Shown here in pieces: positions 10,457-19,579 of a DNA stretch of 64,000 bases. The notes below the pieces were generated by a model. The model did no database searches. It worked only from the letters and a program-made list of their open reading frames with translations, and was not told the DNA's origin. Positions within the stretch are counted from its first letter, which is position 1; the number at the start of each line of letters is the position of its first letter. The stretch comes from Phycisphaerae bacterium (lineage in GTDB: Bacteria > Planctomycetota > Phycisphaerae > SM23-33), in NCBI GenBank assembly GCA_046541415.1, contig JBKHDI010000013.1, positions 1,064 to 65,063 on the forward strand, read 5' to 3'. The translations under genes were made by a program, and so were the position numbers.

Positions 10457-10990
10457 ATGCGACGCGGGTTTACCTTGATCGAGGTGATGGCCGTGGTGAT
10501 GGTCCTGGCCGTGCTGGCCGGGGCGGCCGCCTGGACGATGACCGAACAGCTGCGCAGCCGTCGGAGCCTGACGGCGATCGAGCAACTGACGGGGGCCGAC
10601 CGCACCGCGCGCCTCGCTGCCCGGTCCAACGGCGGATCGACGCGCCTGGAGATCGACCTCGATGCCGGCCTGTCCGTGCGGTACGACCAGCCGGAAGGGG
10701 CCCTGGCCGCCCGACGCGCCCATCCGATCCAGCTGCCCGACGGCACGGAGATGCGCCGGGTCTGGCTGCATCTGCCGTCGGGCAAAGTAGAAGTCCGACA
10801 CGGCCGGGTGAGCATCCCATACTCGACCGAGGGCAGCAGCCCGACCTATGCGATCGAACTGGCCCGGGCGGACCAAGCCCAGTGGCTGGTCGTGGCGGGC
10901 CTGACCGGACAAACCTTCCTCCAGCAGGAGACCCACCATGTCGAGGCGCTCTTTACGCTTCTCGCCGCGGGCCGGACTGACCCTGCTTGA
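10457..10990 (+). CDS. Minor pseudopilin (GspH-like)
   Basis: MRRGFTLIEVMAVVMVLAVLAGAA prepilin-type N-terminus. Position after gspG. Confidence 0.5.
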   Translation: MRRGFTLIEVMAVVMVLAVLAGAAAWTMTEQLRSRRSLTAIEQLTGADRTARLAARSNGGSTRLEIDLDAGLSVRYDQPEGALAARRAHPIQLPDGTEMRRVWLHLPSGKVEVRHGRVSIPYSTEGSSPTYAIELARADQAQWLVVAGLTGQTFLQQETHHVEALFTLLAAGRTDPA

Positions 10991-11381
10991 GGTCATCGCC
11001 GGTATCGCGATCCTCTCGACGATCCTCGTCTCGGCCGTGGTCTCGCGGTCGCGCCACGCCCGCCAATTGGCGATGTCCGAGCGGGTCGAGGTGGCCCTGG
11101 CGGCGGCCGATGAACTGATCGCCGACTGGTGGACCGATTCGGCGGGCTTGCCCGTGGGTCGCAGCGGACAGGTCCAGGCCGTCGAGAACATGATCTGGCA
11201 GGTCGCCGAAGTGCCGAACCTGCAGGCTCAACAGCTCGGCTGTCGGGTCGTGCGCGTCCAACTACTGCAGGAGGGCAGCATTGGCGGGATCGAAGATGGA
11301 CAGGTTCTGGCCGAGGTGGAACTCATGCTCCCTGCCGAGCGGCCCGAGCCGGAACAGCCCCAGCCGGAGCGGACGCCATGA
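10938..11381 (+). CDS. Minor pseudopilin (GspI-like)
   Basis: GLTLLEVIAGIAILSTIL prepilin-type N-terminus. Small size. Overlaps neighbours as in gsp operons. Confidence 0.45.
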   Translation: MSRRSLRFSPRAGLTLLEVIAGIAILSTILVSAVVSRSRHARQLAMSERVEVALAAADELIADWWTDSAGLPVGRSGQVQAVENMIWQVAEVPNLQAQQLGCRVVRVQLLQEGSIGGIEDGQVLAEVELMLPAERPEPEQPQPERTP

Positions 11382-12193
11382 TCGCGCGGACAGAGGCATT
11401 CACCCTGATCGAGGTCCTTGCCGCCACCGTCCTGACCGCCGGGCTGATGATGGGTGTCATGGCGGTGGTCTCGGATCTCGGTCCGGCGGGCATGGGCGTG
11501 CAGGAACCGGCCGAAGCGTTCCACCAAGGACTTCAGGAAGCAGCCGACCGCATTGCCTTCGACGTGGCAGCGGCCAGCGAGATCGACGCCTCTCTGCCGG
11601 GGCGAATCGTGCTGATCGGCTACTGCCGCCTCGACGGGCCGGCCGGTCGCCGCGTGCATCGGCCGGTGCGGGTCGAGTACCGCATCGAGACGATCGGGCA
11701 GATGCGCTGCCTTGTCCGCTACCAGCAGGGCCTGGACGTGCTGACCAACCAGAACCGGCGGCGCGACCTTCTCGGCGTCGGGCTCGAGCAGATCTCCCTG
11801 CAGGCCTCCCGTGGCGGGCAGGTGCTCAGCCAGTGGCAGCGGAGTCGACAGCCCGACCGCCCACCGGCCGGGCCTAGCAAACCCGCCGATGCCTCCAACG
11901 GCCCCGTCGCGTCGCGCGATCAACTCAATCCGTACGACTCGGTGAACATGAACGGCCTGATGATCTACATCAAGTACGCCCCTGACTGGGCGCTGATCAA
12001 AGAAGGTCTGCTGCTGCCCAGGCCCGAAGTCGGCCGAAACGATCGGTCCGGCACAGAAGATCAAACCCCTGCTGCACAACCAGACAACGGCCTGGCGTCG
12101 CCGCCGCCGGTCCGCTGGAGACTGCAACTGCGAGACAGCCAATCCGAACTGGACCGCACGATCTGGATTCAGCCCGAGGGGGCCAGCCAATGA
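11378..12193 (+). CDS. Minor pseudopilin (GspJ-like)
   Basis: ATG at 11378 in frame with the track ORF. EAFTLIEVLAATVLTAGLMMGVMAV prepilin-type N-terminus. Confidence 0.45.
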   Translation: MIARTEAFTLIEVLAATVLTAGLMMGVMAVVSDLGPAGMGVQEPAEAFHQGLQEAADRIAFDVAAASEIDASLPGRIVLIGYCRLDGPAGRRVHRPVRVEYRIETIGQMRCLVRYQQGLDVLTNQNRRRDLLGVGLEQISLQASRGGQVLSQWQRSRQPDRPPAGPSKPADASNGPVASRDQLNPYDSVNMNGLMIYIKYAPDWALIKEGLLLPRPEVGRNDRSGTEDQTPAAQPDNGLASPPPVRWRLQLRDSQSELDRTIWIQPEGASQ

Positions 12194-13107
12194 TGCCTCG
12201 TCGCAAACAACGCGGTTTCGTCCTTCTGATGGTGCTGGTCGTGGTGGTCCTGGCCGCGGCGGCGATGGTGGGCATGGTCCAGCGGAGCATGCTCCAGGCG
12301 GTCCATGTCAAGGCGCGGTCCGGGCAACTGCAACGCAAGTGGGCGGTCCGGTCGATGCAGCAGAGCCTGATGGGCCGGCTGCCGGAGATCCTCGATCGAC
12401 ACGACCAGGCCCGACTCGCCGGTAGCAGCGGCCAGGGCGACCAGGTGGGCCTGCAGGTCCGGTTGGCCGGCCGGGAGTATAGACTGGTCGTCACCGACCA
12501 GCAGGCCCGCGTGAATGTCAACAGCCTGCGCATCGGGCGCAGCCAGGGCGAAACCGAATCGCTGCTGCGGCGCTTGGTGGGCCCCGACTCGGCCGCGGCG
12601 GTGGAACTGGCCGCCCTGCCGGAGAACCAACTCCAAGACGCCCCTTCGCTGGCAAGGCCCATCGGGGCGTGGGGACAGATCTTTCCCCATGCAGGCCCCG
12701 CCGACCTGCTGGGCGTCTCGGGACGTCCAGGACTGACCGCCAGGATCACCTGCTTTTCCGATGGCAGGATCAACCTGGCCCGGGCCGATGGAGAATCGGT
12801 CCGCACCCTCTGCAACCAGGCCCTGACGCCGGCGGTGGTCGATGCCCTCCTGACCGCCCGAGATCATCAGCCGGACGGCAACCTGGGCGACTGGATCGGC
12901 CAGCTGGACCAGATCAGCCAACGCGACGCACACGAGATCCGTCGCTGGCTGACCGACCGTTCGGAGTGCTTCGGCCTGTGGATTGTTACCTCCAACGGGG
13001 CCAGAACGTGGTATCATTTCGCCGTGGGTCGCGTCCGGCCCGCTGCCAGGCCGGATGGCGATGGGCCTGTCAACGAAGTCAGCAACGTGGAAGTATACGG
13101 CTGGTAG
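12190..13107 (+). CDS. Minor pseudopilin (GspK-like)
   Basis: QRGFVLLMVLVVVVLAAAAM N-terminal hydrophobic segment. About 300 aa, matching GspK size and position. Confidence 0.45.
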   Translation: MMPRRKQRGFVLLMVLVVVVLAAAAMVGMVQRSMLQAVHVKARSGQLQRKWAVRSMQQSLMGRLPEILDRHDQARLAGSSGQGDQVGLQVRLAGREYRLVVTDQQARVNVNSLRIGRSQGETESLLRRLVGPDSAAAVELAALPENQLQDAPSLARPIGAWGQIFPHAGPADLLGVSGRPGLTARITCFSDGRINLARADGESVRTLCNQALTPAVVDALLTARDHQPDGNLGDWIGQLDQISQRDAHEIRRWLTDRSECFGLWIVTSNGARTWYHFAVGRVRPAARPDGDGPVNEVSNVEVYGW

Positions 13108-13111
13108 GCGA

Positions 13112-13633
13112 ATGAACAGGTCGGCGAAAATCAGGTCCTTCTATGCCGCGGCCGCCCTGGCCGCTTTGCTCTCCGTCGGTGCGGTGACCGCCGCCGTCGC
13201 CTGGCCGATCGAACTGGAGCCCACTCGACCGGGCCGACCGGCACGGCCTGCGGGTCAGGCCCAACGGCAGGAACCGTCGCAGACCGACGAGGCCGAGAAA
13301 CTCGACCCCGACCAGCTGGTTCGTCTGACGCAGGTCGATCTGCGCCGCCCCCTGTACGACGACCAGGTGACACAGACGCCCCGCTCTGCAGCTCCCCGCG
13401 CGCAGTTGACGGTCCGGCTGATCGGCATTGCCGTCGAGCCCGGCCATTCGGTGGCCATGTTGATCGACCCGGCCGGCAAAATCCTGCTGGCCCAGGCGGG
13501 CGAGACCGTCGAGATCCCCGGGGGGCCGATGAAGGTAATCGCGGTGCTTGATGATTCGATCCGCGTGGAGTTCCAGGGCCGGATCCAAGCCCTGCCCTTG
13601 CCCGAACCAGACCAGACGGGAGCGGGACGGTGA
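13112..13633 (+). CDS. Secreted/periplasmic hypothetical protein in the GspC/GspN position
   Basis: ATG at 13112. Signal-anchor FYAAAALAALLSVGAVTAAVA. No recognisable motif. Sits between the gspK-like and gspL-like genes. Confidence 0.3.
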   Translation: MNRSAKIRSFYAAAALAALLSVGAVTAAVAWPIELEPTRPGRPARPAGQAQRQEPSQTDEAEKLDPDQLVRLTQVDLRRPLYDDQVTQTPRSAAPRAQLTVRLIGIAVEPGHSVAMLIDPAGKILLAQAGETVEIPGGPMKVIAVLDDSIRVEFQGRIQALPLPEPDQTGAGR

Positions 13634-14967
13634 ACGAAATCGTCATCCTCTACGTCCGCTTCGAGCGGTGGATCCTCGTGGCCGGTCAGGCCGATCCGAT
13701 CCGGCTGGACTTCCCCGCCGAGACGCCACTGGCCGCCCGGGTCGAACAGGCCGACGCCGAGTTGAGCGATGAAGCGGCCGGCTGGCCCTGGGTTCTTGCC
13801 CCGGCCTCGCGAGACTGCCTGGTCGCGGCCATCGAAACCGACGACCTGCCTCGGGCCAACCGGCTGGATGCGATGAACTATCGCCTGGAGGAACAGTTGC
13901 CCGTATCGGCTGAGCAGATGCTCAGCAGCTACATCGAGCTTCCCGGCGGCCGGGCAGTGGGCATGGCGCTGGACAAGACGCAATGGGCACCGCTGGTCGA
14001 GGCCCTGCAGCAACACGGGCGGACGGTAACGGCCATCGTGCCCGAAGCCCTGCTGGCGGCCCGACGGGCACTAGCGGCCGCCGGCGAAGAGATCGATGCG
14101 GTCGTCAGCGCGGGCATCGAACCGGACGACGGGTGGGACTGGGTCCGCCTGGCCGAGGCCAAACCGGTGTCGTGGCAGTGGTGGGCGGATGACAGGCAGG
14201 GGCTGGTCGAGGCCGTCGCCGGCACGGCCGCTGCAGCCGGTTCGTCGATCCGCATCGTGGGCGTGGGCCTGGATGCCTCGCTGCAGGACCAGCTGGCCGG
14301 CCTGGAGCAGGTGGACTTGATCGGCTCGGAGCTGTCGAGTCTCCAGGCCACGGCCGCCGAGGCAGGACGGATCGTCGACGGTCGCGACTCTGCGTGGGGG
14401 GATTTCCGCGGCGACCCGTCCCTGCCTCCAACTTCTGCCGGACCCATGCGGCGGGCCATCACCGTTGCGACTGTCATGCTGACGCTGCTGCTGGCCAGCT
14501 TGGTCGCATCCGGCTGGCTGATGAGCAGGCGGTTTGAAGATCACGCCGCCCAGTTGGCCGCCCGCCAGGCCCAGTTGTACCGGCAGACTACCGACAGCAG
14601 GTCCGTGCCGCTGAATATCAACGCTCGCCTGCGCTCCGAACTGGTGTCCCTGGCGGGCCTGGGCGGCTCGGCCGGCGGGGCTGAACGCCCACAACAGCAG
14701 GTCTCGGCCCTGGTGCACCTGCGGAACATCCTGGCGGCCCTGCCCGAGGGTATCCGCCTGCGGGTCGACCAGATCCAGATCGACCAGGACCGGATCCGCC
14801 TGAGCGGCACGGCCCGGAACCTTGTCGAGGCTGAACAGCTGGCCGTGGCGCTGCGAGACTCCGGACTCTACACGGTCCAGCCGCCCGAGACGCGGGCCAT
14901 CGACGCCCGCAGCGTGCGGTTCTCGTTTACCGCCGAAACCAAACAGCAGGGGGTCGGCCCGAGATGA
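13630..14967 (+). CDS. GspL-like T2SS assembly protein (cytoplasmic domain, single TM, periplasmic domain)
   Basis: Overlaps the previous stop. Single mid-protein TM helix ITVATVMLTLLLASLVASGWLM. Size and position match GspL. Confidence 0.45.
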   Translation: MNEIVILYVRFERWILVAGQADPIRLDFPAETPLAARVEQADAELSDEAAGWPWVLAPASRDCLVAAIETDDLPRANRLDAMNYRLEEQLPVSAEQMLSSYIELPGGRAVGMALDKTQWAPLVEALQQHGRTVTAIVPEALLAARRALAAAGEEIDAVVSAGIEPDDGWDWVRLAEAKPVSWQWWADDRQGLVEAVAGTAAAAGSSIRIVGVGLDASLQDQLAGLEQVDLIGSELSSLQATAAEAGRIVDGRDSAWGDFRGDPSLPPTSAGPMRRAITVATVMLTLLLASLVASGWLMSRRFEDHAAQLAARQAQLYRQTTDSRSVPLNINARLRSELVSLAGLGGSAGGAERPQQQVSALVHLRNILAALPEGIRLRVDQIQIDQDRIRLSGTARNLVEAEQLAVALRDSGLYTVQPPETRAIDARSVRFSFTAETKQQGVGPR

Positions 14968-15491
14968 ACCCCCAGAAGCGACAGACGATTCTGATCGTAG
15001 TCATGCTGGCCATGCTCGCCGGTGCGGCGGCCTGGTCGATCGATTCTGCGATGGACAATGCAGATCGTGCTGCCCGCGCTGCCGACGCTCTGGGCCAGAC
15101 GCGATCCCTGGCCGAGCAGATCCGACAACTACGCCAGGCGCCGACCGTTGCCAGGACCGGCGAAATCGCCATCACACAGATGGGGCGCGAGATTTCCTCT
15201 GCTGCCGAGGCCGCGAACCTGCAACCCGCGTCGATCCAGGGCGTCCAGCCCCGGCCCGCCCGCCGCCTGGGCCAGTCGGACTACATGACCAAGGCAACCA
15301 CCATCTCGCTGCAAGGGGTAGGCCTTGGGCAATTGACGATGTTCCTGTATCATATCAGCGATCGGACGAATCTGACCGTCAGCGAGCTTCAACTGCAAGG
15401 CCGACGCGACGGCCAGAGCGGTGGGCCCTGGAACGCCCAGGCCACCGTGACGTACCTCATATACGCCCCAGCCGGGGCCGAGAATAACTGA
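14964..15491 (+). CDS. GspM-like T2SS protein
   Basis: N-terminal TM TILIVVMLAMLAGAAAWS followed by a ~150 aa periplasmic domain. Overlaps the gspL-like stop. Confidence 0.4.
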   Translation: MNPQKRQTILIVVMLAMLAGAAAWSIDSAMDNADRAARAADALGQTRSLAEQIRQLRQAPTVARTGEIAITQMGREISSAAEAANLQPASIQGVQPRPARRLGQSDYMTKATTISLQGVGLGQLTMFLYHISDRTNLTVSELQLQGRRDGQSGGPWNAQATVTYLIYAPAGAENN

Positions 15492-15505
15492 CAAAGCGAC
15501 GGGAC

Positions 15506-16135
15506 ATGCGACGACCTGTACGAGAAATCCTGCTTCTGCTGACAACCGCTGCCGCAGCGCTGGCCGTCGGTTGCGCAGACCGCAACGATGTGGAGTCCGA
15601 CGTCAGGTACCGTACCGTCCGGGCCGAGCCGCTGCGGGATACCCGCAAGGCCCAGGATCTCAATGCAAGGGGAATCGAACAGCTGCGCGCCGGCGACCTC
15701 GACGCGGCCGAGAAGACCTTCCGCCAGGCCATCGAGGCTGATGTCAGCTACGGCCCGGCCCACAACAACCTGGGCAAGGTCTACCTGCAGAAGAAGGACC
15801 TGCACCCGGCCGCTTTGGAATTCCAGGCGGCCATCGACCGTATGCCCGACCACGCCGGGCCCCTCAACAATCTCGCGATGACCTGGGAGCAGGCCTGGGT
15901 GGTCGATCCGCAACTGGGCAGCCTGGACCGGGCCATCGAGCTATACCGCCGCGCCGTGCAGCTCGACGCCGAAAACATCCGCTACAAGGCCAACCTCGCC
16001 CGGGCGCTGGATCGCCGCGGCGACCGGACCGACGAGTTGCGCAAGCTCATCGACCAGATCCTCCAGCAGGACACGCGGGCCGACTGGCTGATCTGGGCCC
16101 GCAAGCTCCAGGCCCGGCTGGGTCAGGGGCGATAG
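15506..16135 (+). CDS. TPR-repeat lipoprotein (PilF/PilW-type pilotin candidate)
   Basis: Lipobox LAVGC. TPR repeats (LDAAEKTFRQAIEADVSYGPAHNNLGKVYLQKKDLHPAALEFQAAID...). Confidence 0.55.
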   Translation: MRRPVREILLLLTTAAAALAVGCADRNDVESDVRYRTVRAEPLRDTRKAQDLNARGIEQLRAGDLDAAEKTFRQAIEADVSYGPAHNNLGKVYLQKKDLHPAALEFQAAIDRMPDHAGPLNNLAMTWEQAWVVDPQLGSLDRAIELYRRAVQLDAENIRYKANLARALDRRGDRTDELRKLIDQILQQDTRADWLIWARKLQARLGQGR

Positions 16136-16367
16136 AACACCGGCCGGCCTCGTCAGCTCAGCAGCATACCTGTCGTACGGTGGCCCCTGACCCTGATTGC
16201 GGATTTCGGGGGATGCGCCTCACCGGCGATTCGCTGGAATTCCACGCCCGTCTGCCCGCCTGCTGGAAGCGAATCTCTTTTGCCGTTCGGTGGCAAGGGC
16301 GCTGCATCGAATCGAGCTGACCGATGGCCAGCAGGTCGTACTGGAGAAGGCCTGAAGGCGGACCCGC

Positions 16368-16400
16368 GCAAAAAAAAGCCCGGCCAGGGGGAGAGCCGGG
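16368..16400 (-). terminator. Rho-independent terminator downstream of the XylR-type regulator gene
   Basis: Plus strand reads AAAAAAAA-GCCCGGC-cagggggaga-GCCGGGC. On the minus strand this is a GC hairpin followed by a U8 tract. Confidence 0.45.
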
Positions 16401-16524
16401 CCTCCCTCGAAAGTGAGGGAAGCGGCGGAGCAGGGGGCACAGTCTGTCATCCACCGCGAGCGTATTCTATACCGCAGACAAAGCGGAAAACCAGTATACG
16501 TACAAAAGGTTTTTTCCAGGCCGC

Positions 16525-17781
16525 TCAATCGACCCCGAGGGTGCCTGTCAGCTTGGCCTGGTGATCGCTGCGCCACTGGCCTGGCGTCGTGCCGACAACC
16601 TTGGAAAACAGGCGTATCAGGTGGTCGGCGTCGCTGAGACCGGAGGCCGCGGCGACCCTGTCGATGGTCAGGTCCGTCTCGACCAGCAGCCTCTTTGCCT
16701 GCTCGATGTGGGCCAGGTGGATTTCGTGCAGGACCGTATGGCCCATGTGCTCGCGGAACCGACGCTCCAGGGCCCGTCGCCCAATCCCGGTCGCGGCGAC
16801 AACGTCCTCGACATAGATCGGTTCGTCGCTATGGTCGTGGATATACAGCACGGCTGCACGGAGGTGCGGGTCATCACAGGCGACACCCAGCGTGGACTCC
16901 CTCTGGGCGATCCCCAGCGGCTCCAGGCGGATGACCGGACCGGGCTGGGCCTCCCGTCGGCCGAGGATAATGTCGACCAGCAGCGAGATCGCTTCCTGGG
17001 CCCACCGCATTTCGGGAATGATGACCGAGGTCAGCGAAGGCATGGTTGCGGCCTGCCGATCATGCCCGGCGACAATCCCGAACCGCCGGCCGACGTCGAT
17101 CTGCATCACCCGGGCCAGTTCACAGAAGAGGAACCCTTCGTCGTCGTCGGAGGTCATCACGCCGGTATGCTCGGGCAACTGGCGCACCCATTCGGCGAAC
17201 TCGCTCAACTCTCCCTTGCCGTGCTCGACGTCGAGGATCTGTTCCAAGCCCGGTGGCTTGCCGTCCCAGATCTGCACCTCCTGGCCGGTCGACTTGACGG
17301 CCTGTCTGAATCCAGCCAGGCGATCTCGGACGTAGGCCATCCCGCAGCATCCGACAAAGGCGAAATGGCGATAGTTCTTCTCCCGCAGGTGCTCTCCTGC
17401 CAGAACTCCGATCGCGTGATTGTCGGGCAGGACGGAGGGGAATGGCATTTCTTCGATGATTCCGGAGGTGTTGACCACCGGCAGGTGGGTGCCCTTGATC
17501 GCATTGAGCAGCTTCTCGTTGCTGATATGCGCCAGAATGCCGCGTGCGCCCCAGCGGCGGATCTGCTTTGCCGCGGTCGGACCGACGCCCAGGTTGACCA
17601 TCAGCCCTCCGTTTCGGTAGGTCAGATGGCGCGTAGCGTACTGCCACAGATCCCGGATCAGCCCATTGTGCGTATCCATGCTGCCGGCGATCAGCATGCG
17701 GGACGGGCGGGCAGCGGATTGAGTTGCATTCGTAGTCATCTCACACAGAGTACTACAATCTGACGCAAAATCGAGACGCAA
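16525..17781 (-). CDS. XylR-type transcriptional regulator (periplasmic-binding-protein-like sugar-binding domain plus AraC-family HTH)
   Basis: N-terminal LacI/PBP-like fold. C-terminal AraC HTH (...IYVEDVVAATGIGRRALERRFREHMGHTVLHEIHLAHIEQAKRLL...). Confidence 0.75.
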   Translation of the reverse strand: MRLDFASDCSTLCEMTTNATQSAARPSRMLIAGSMDTHNGLIRDLWQYATRHLTYRNGGLMVNLGVGPTAAKQIRRWGARGILAHISNEKLLNAIKGTHLPVVNTSGIIEEMPFPSVLPDNHAIGVLAGEHLREKNYRHFAFVGCCGMAYVRDRLAGFRQAVKSTGQEVQIWDGKPPGLEQILDVEHGKGELSEFAEWVRQLPEHTGVMTSDDDEGFLFCELARVMQIDVGRRFGIVAGHDRQAATMPSLTSVIIPEMRWAQEAISLLVDIILGRREAQPGPVIRLEPLGIAQRESTLGVACDDPHLRAAVLYIHDHSDEPIYVEDVVAATGIGRRALERRFREHMGHTVLHEIHLAHIEQAKRLLVETDLTIDRVAAASGLSDADHLIRLFSKVVGTTPGQWRSDHQAKLTGTLGVD

Positions 17782-17932
17782 AGTCGTAAAAATCGTCTAG
17801 GAAACCGGAATCGCTTGGGGTATAGTCTTATCCATCGGTTATAGACCGTGGTTAAGCAGTCAGGGGGATCTGAAAGGGCACATCCCCGACCGCCCCAGTT
17901 CTGGCCGATCACCGAACATACCTCCTCTGACT

Positions 17933-17971
17933 GGGTCGAAGTCCTGTATGGGATTTCGGCCCGGTTTTTTC
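17933..17971 (+). terminator. Orphan rho-independent terminator-like hairpin plus T-tract, preceded by a TACCTCCTCTGA motif
   Basis: GGGTCGAA-N14-TTCGGCCC (one G-U pair) followed by TTTTTT. No upstream plus-strand CDS. Confidence 0.5.
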
Positions 17972-18190
17972 TATCTCTACCCAAGTCCGGCCAACTCAGA
18001 TCCCGCGCTTCTCAATCAGGAAAGTGACGCAAACTTGGGATGAATATACGCAAAATTCGTCTTACGAATGAGGAGTCTTTCTACTATGCTTATGCTCATC
18101 GGTTGACAAGACGGGGTTCGGGCAGCTAGGGGAATGACTCTCACTTACCGCCAGAAAAGCCCGTCGCCGGTGACCTTATCTCCTCTGACT

Positions 18191-18232
18191 GGGTCGGAAT
18201 CTTGTACGGGATTCCGGCCCGGTTTTTTTTTT
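18191..18232 (+). terminator. Second orphan terminator-like hairpin plus T-tract (paralogous copy)
   Basis: GGGTCGGAAT-N10-ATTCCGGCCC followed by T10. Preceded by TCTCCTCTGA. Confidence 0.5.
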
Positions 18233-18341
18233 CGCATACCTGCATCGCATTCTATCACAGAACACGATACACAAGCGGGCATACGCTTTCCGGAAGCAGA
18301 GCTATTCTGGCAGGCCCAAGGCGATTGTCTGTCGCGCCCGG

Positions 18342-18749
18342 TCAGGTTTCCATCATATTCTTCCGCCCGGGCAGGGACGGCCCGGGCAGGGAGGGCTGGC
18401 CCGCGGCGCGCAGGGAGCAGGACGATTCGACGAACCGCCCGGCGGGGGGGCTGCTCTTCGCCAGGCCCTGACGATGCAGGTCGAGGAGGTAGTTGCAGTA
18501 CTCTTCGATTACCATGGCGATCTGCATGTAGCGTCGGCCCGCGTTCTCGCTGAGCAACTCCTCGAGTTTCTCGCGATCGACGTCTTCAAGGCACCGGTCC
18601 TTGAAGAACTTCATGAGGATGGGGTTGATCTTGGGGCTTTCCGGCAGGCCTTCCAGTTGGATCCATTCGAACCGCAGGTATCCTCCCTCGTCGGTCACCG
18701 AAAAGCGCAGCGCATCAGTCAGAGGGCAGTGGGTCTTGTTGTACTTCAT
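18342..18749 (-). CDS. Hypothetical protein
   Basis: 135 aa ORF (MKYNKTHCPLTDALRF...). No recognisable motif. Low-complexity C-terminus. Confidence 0.3.
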   Translation of the reverse strand: MKYNKTHCPLTDALRFSVTDEGGYLRFEWIQLEGLPESPKINPILMKFFKDRCLEDVDREKLEELLSENAGRRYMQIAMVIEEYCNYLLDLHRQGLAKSSPPAGRFVESSCSLRAAGQPSLPGPSLPGRKNMMET

Positions 18750-18980
18750 GAATGTGCCTATATATCCTGTCGCCCGTCGCCCTTGACCGGCCTGAGCGAA
18801 GCAGGAGTTGTCAATGGTGCACGTAGTCTACCGCGCAGGGCAGGCAGTGTCTGTCGGGCGGTTCACTGTATCTGCACTGGGCCCGAAGCAGCCACCACAT
18901 GGGACTATGACCTATGCGTCTCTGCCGCCAAGGAGCGGCAGCCGGCGGATGCCCGTCGAGGGGACCAGGCCGATTGGCGG

Positions 18981-19397
18981 TTACTGCCTGTCGGAATCGT
19001 CTTTCGCCTCCCTGCCCTTGCTGCCGAACAGGCCGGAAACCGCCCCCAACTTGCCATCCTTCGAACTGACGGTGATGTCGTGCAGCAGAAAGTAGTTCAG
19101 GATCGTGCGGATGGCGATGATGGCTGCGAGTTGGCCGATGTCGCTCCAGGTCGGAGCCAGGGTGGTTTTCAGGATGCTCGCACCAATCAAAAAGCCCAAG
19201 GCCAACGAGAACGAATGGCCCAGTTCCATTCGACTTTCCTTGATCGCCCCGGCAGAGCGGCCCGGCGTCAGCACGTCGCGGAGGAAGATCGTCAGGGCCC
19301 GGACGATCCCGAGGGAAATGACCAGCATCGCCAGGAACTGGCAGGTGGCCACGACGATGGCGTTACCGGTGCGAAGGGCTTGGTTGAGGACATCCAT
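18981..19397 (-). CDS. Small membrane protein, DUF1622-like
   Basis: Start taken at MDVLNQ (minus-strand ATG ending at 19397). Two to three TM helices. Pattern resembles the DUF1622 family, from memory. Confidence 0.4.
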   Translation of the reverse strand: MDVLNQALRTGNAIVVATCQFLAMLVISLGIVRALTIFLRDVLTPGRSAGAIKESRMELGHSFSLALGFLIGASILKTTLAPTWSDIGQLAAIIAIRTILNYFLLHDITVSSKDGKLGAVSGLFGSKGREAKDDSDRQ

Positions 19398-19579
19398 TTG
19401 CAGTCTCCGGGCAGGGGGATCCGAGGGTGAATGCATGATATCGCAGCATTTTGTTCTCCGCGACGACCAGCCGCTTGAATGACGACTTCCTGTTCCAGCA
19501 GTTTGAGATGGACGTGCCCACCGGGGATTTTGTGGTGCTCTACGCTCCGGTGTTTTTCACCGGTCGGATGGGCCGGGCC

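Noticed and set aside
10246-10980. 244-aa plus-strand ORF overlapping gspG and gspH in another frame
   Set aside because: Arg/Pro/Gly-rich artefact. The pseudopilin reading frames carry the prepilin motifs.
16153-16576. Several 90-120 aa ORFs in the convergent gap between the TPR lipoprotein and the XylR-type regulator
   Set aside because: Mutually overlapping with no motifs. The region contains terminator hairpins for the flanking genes.
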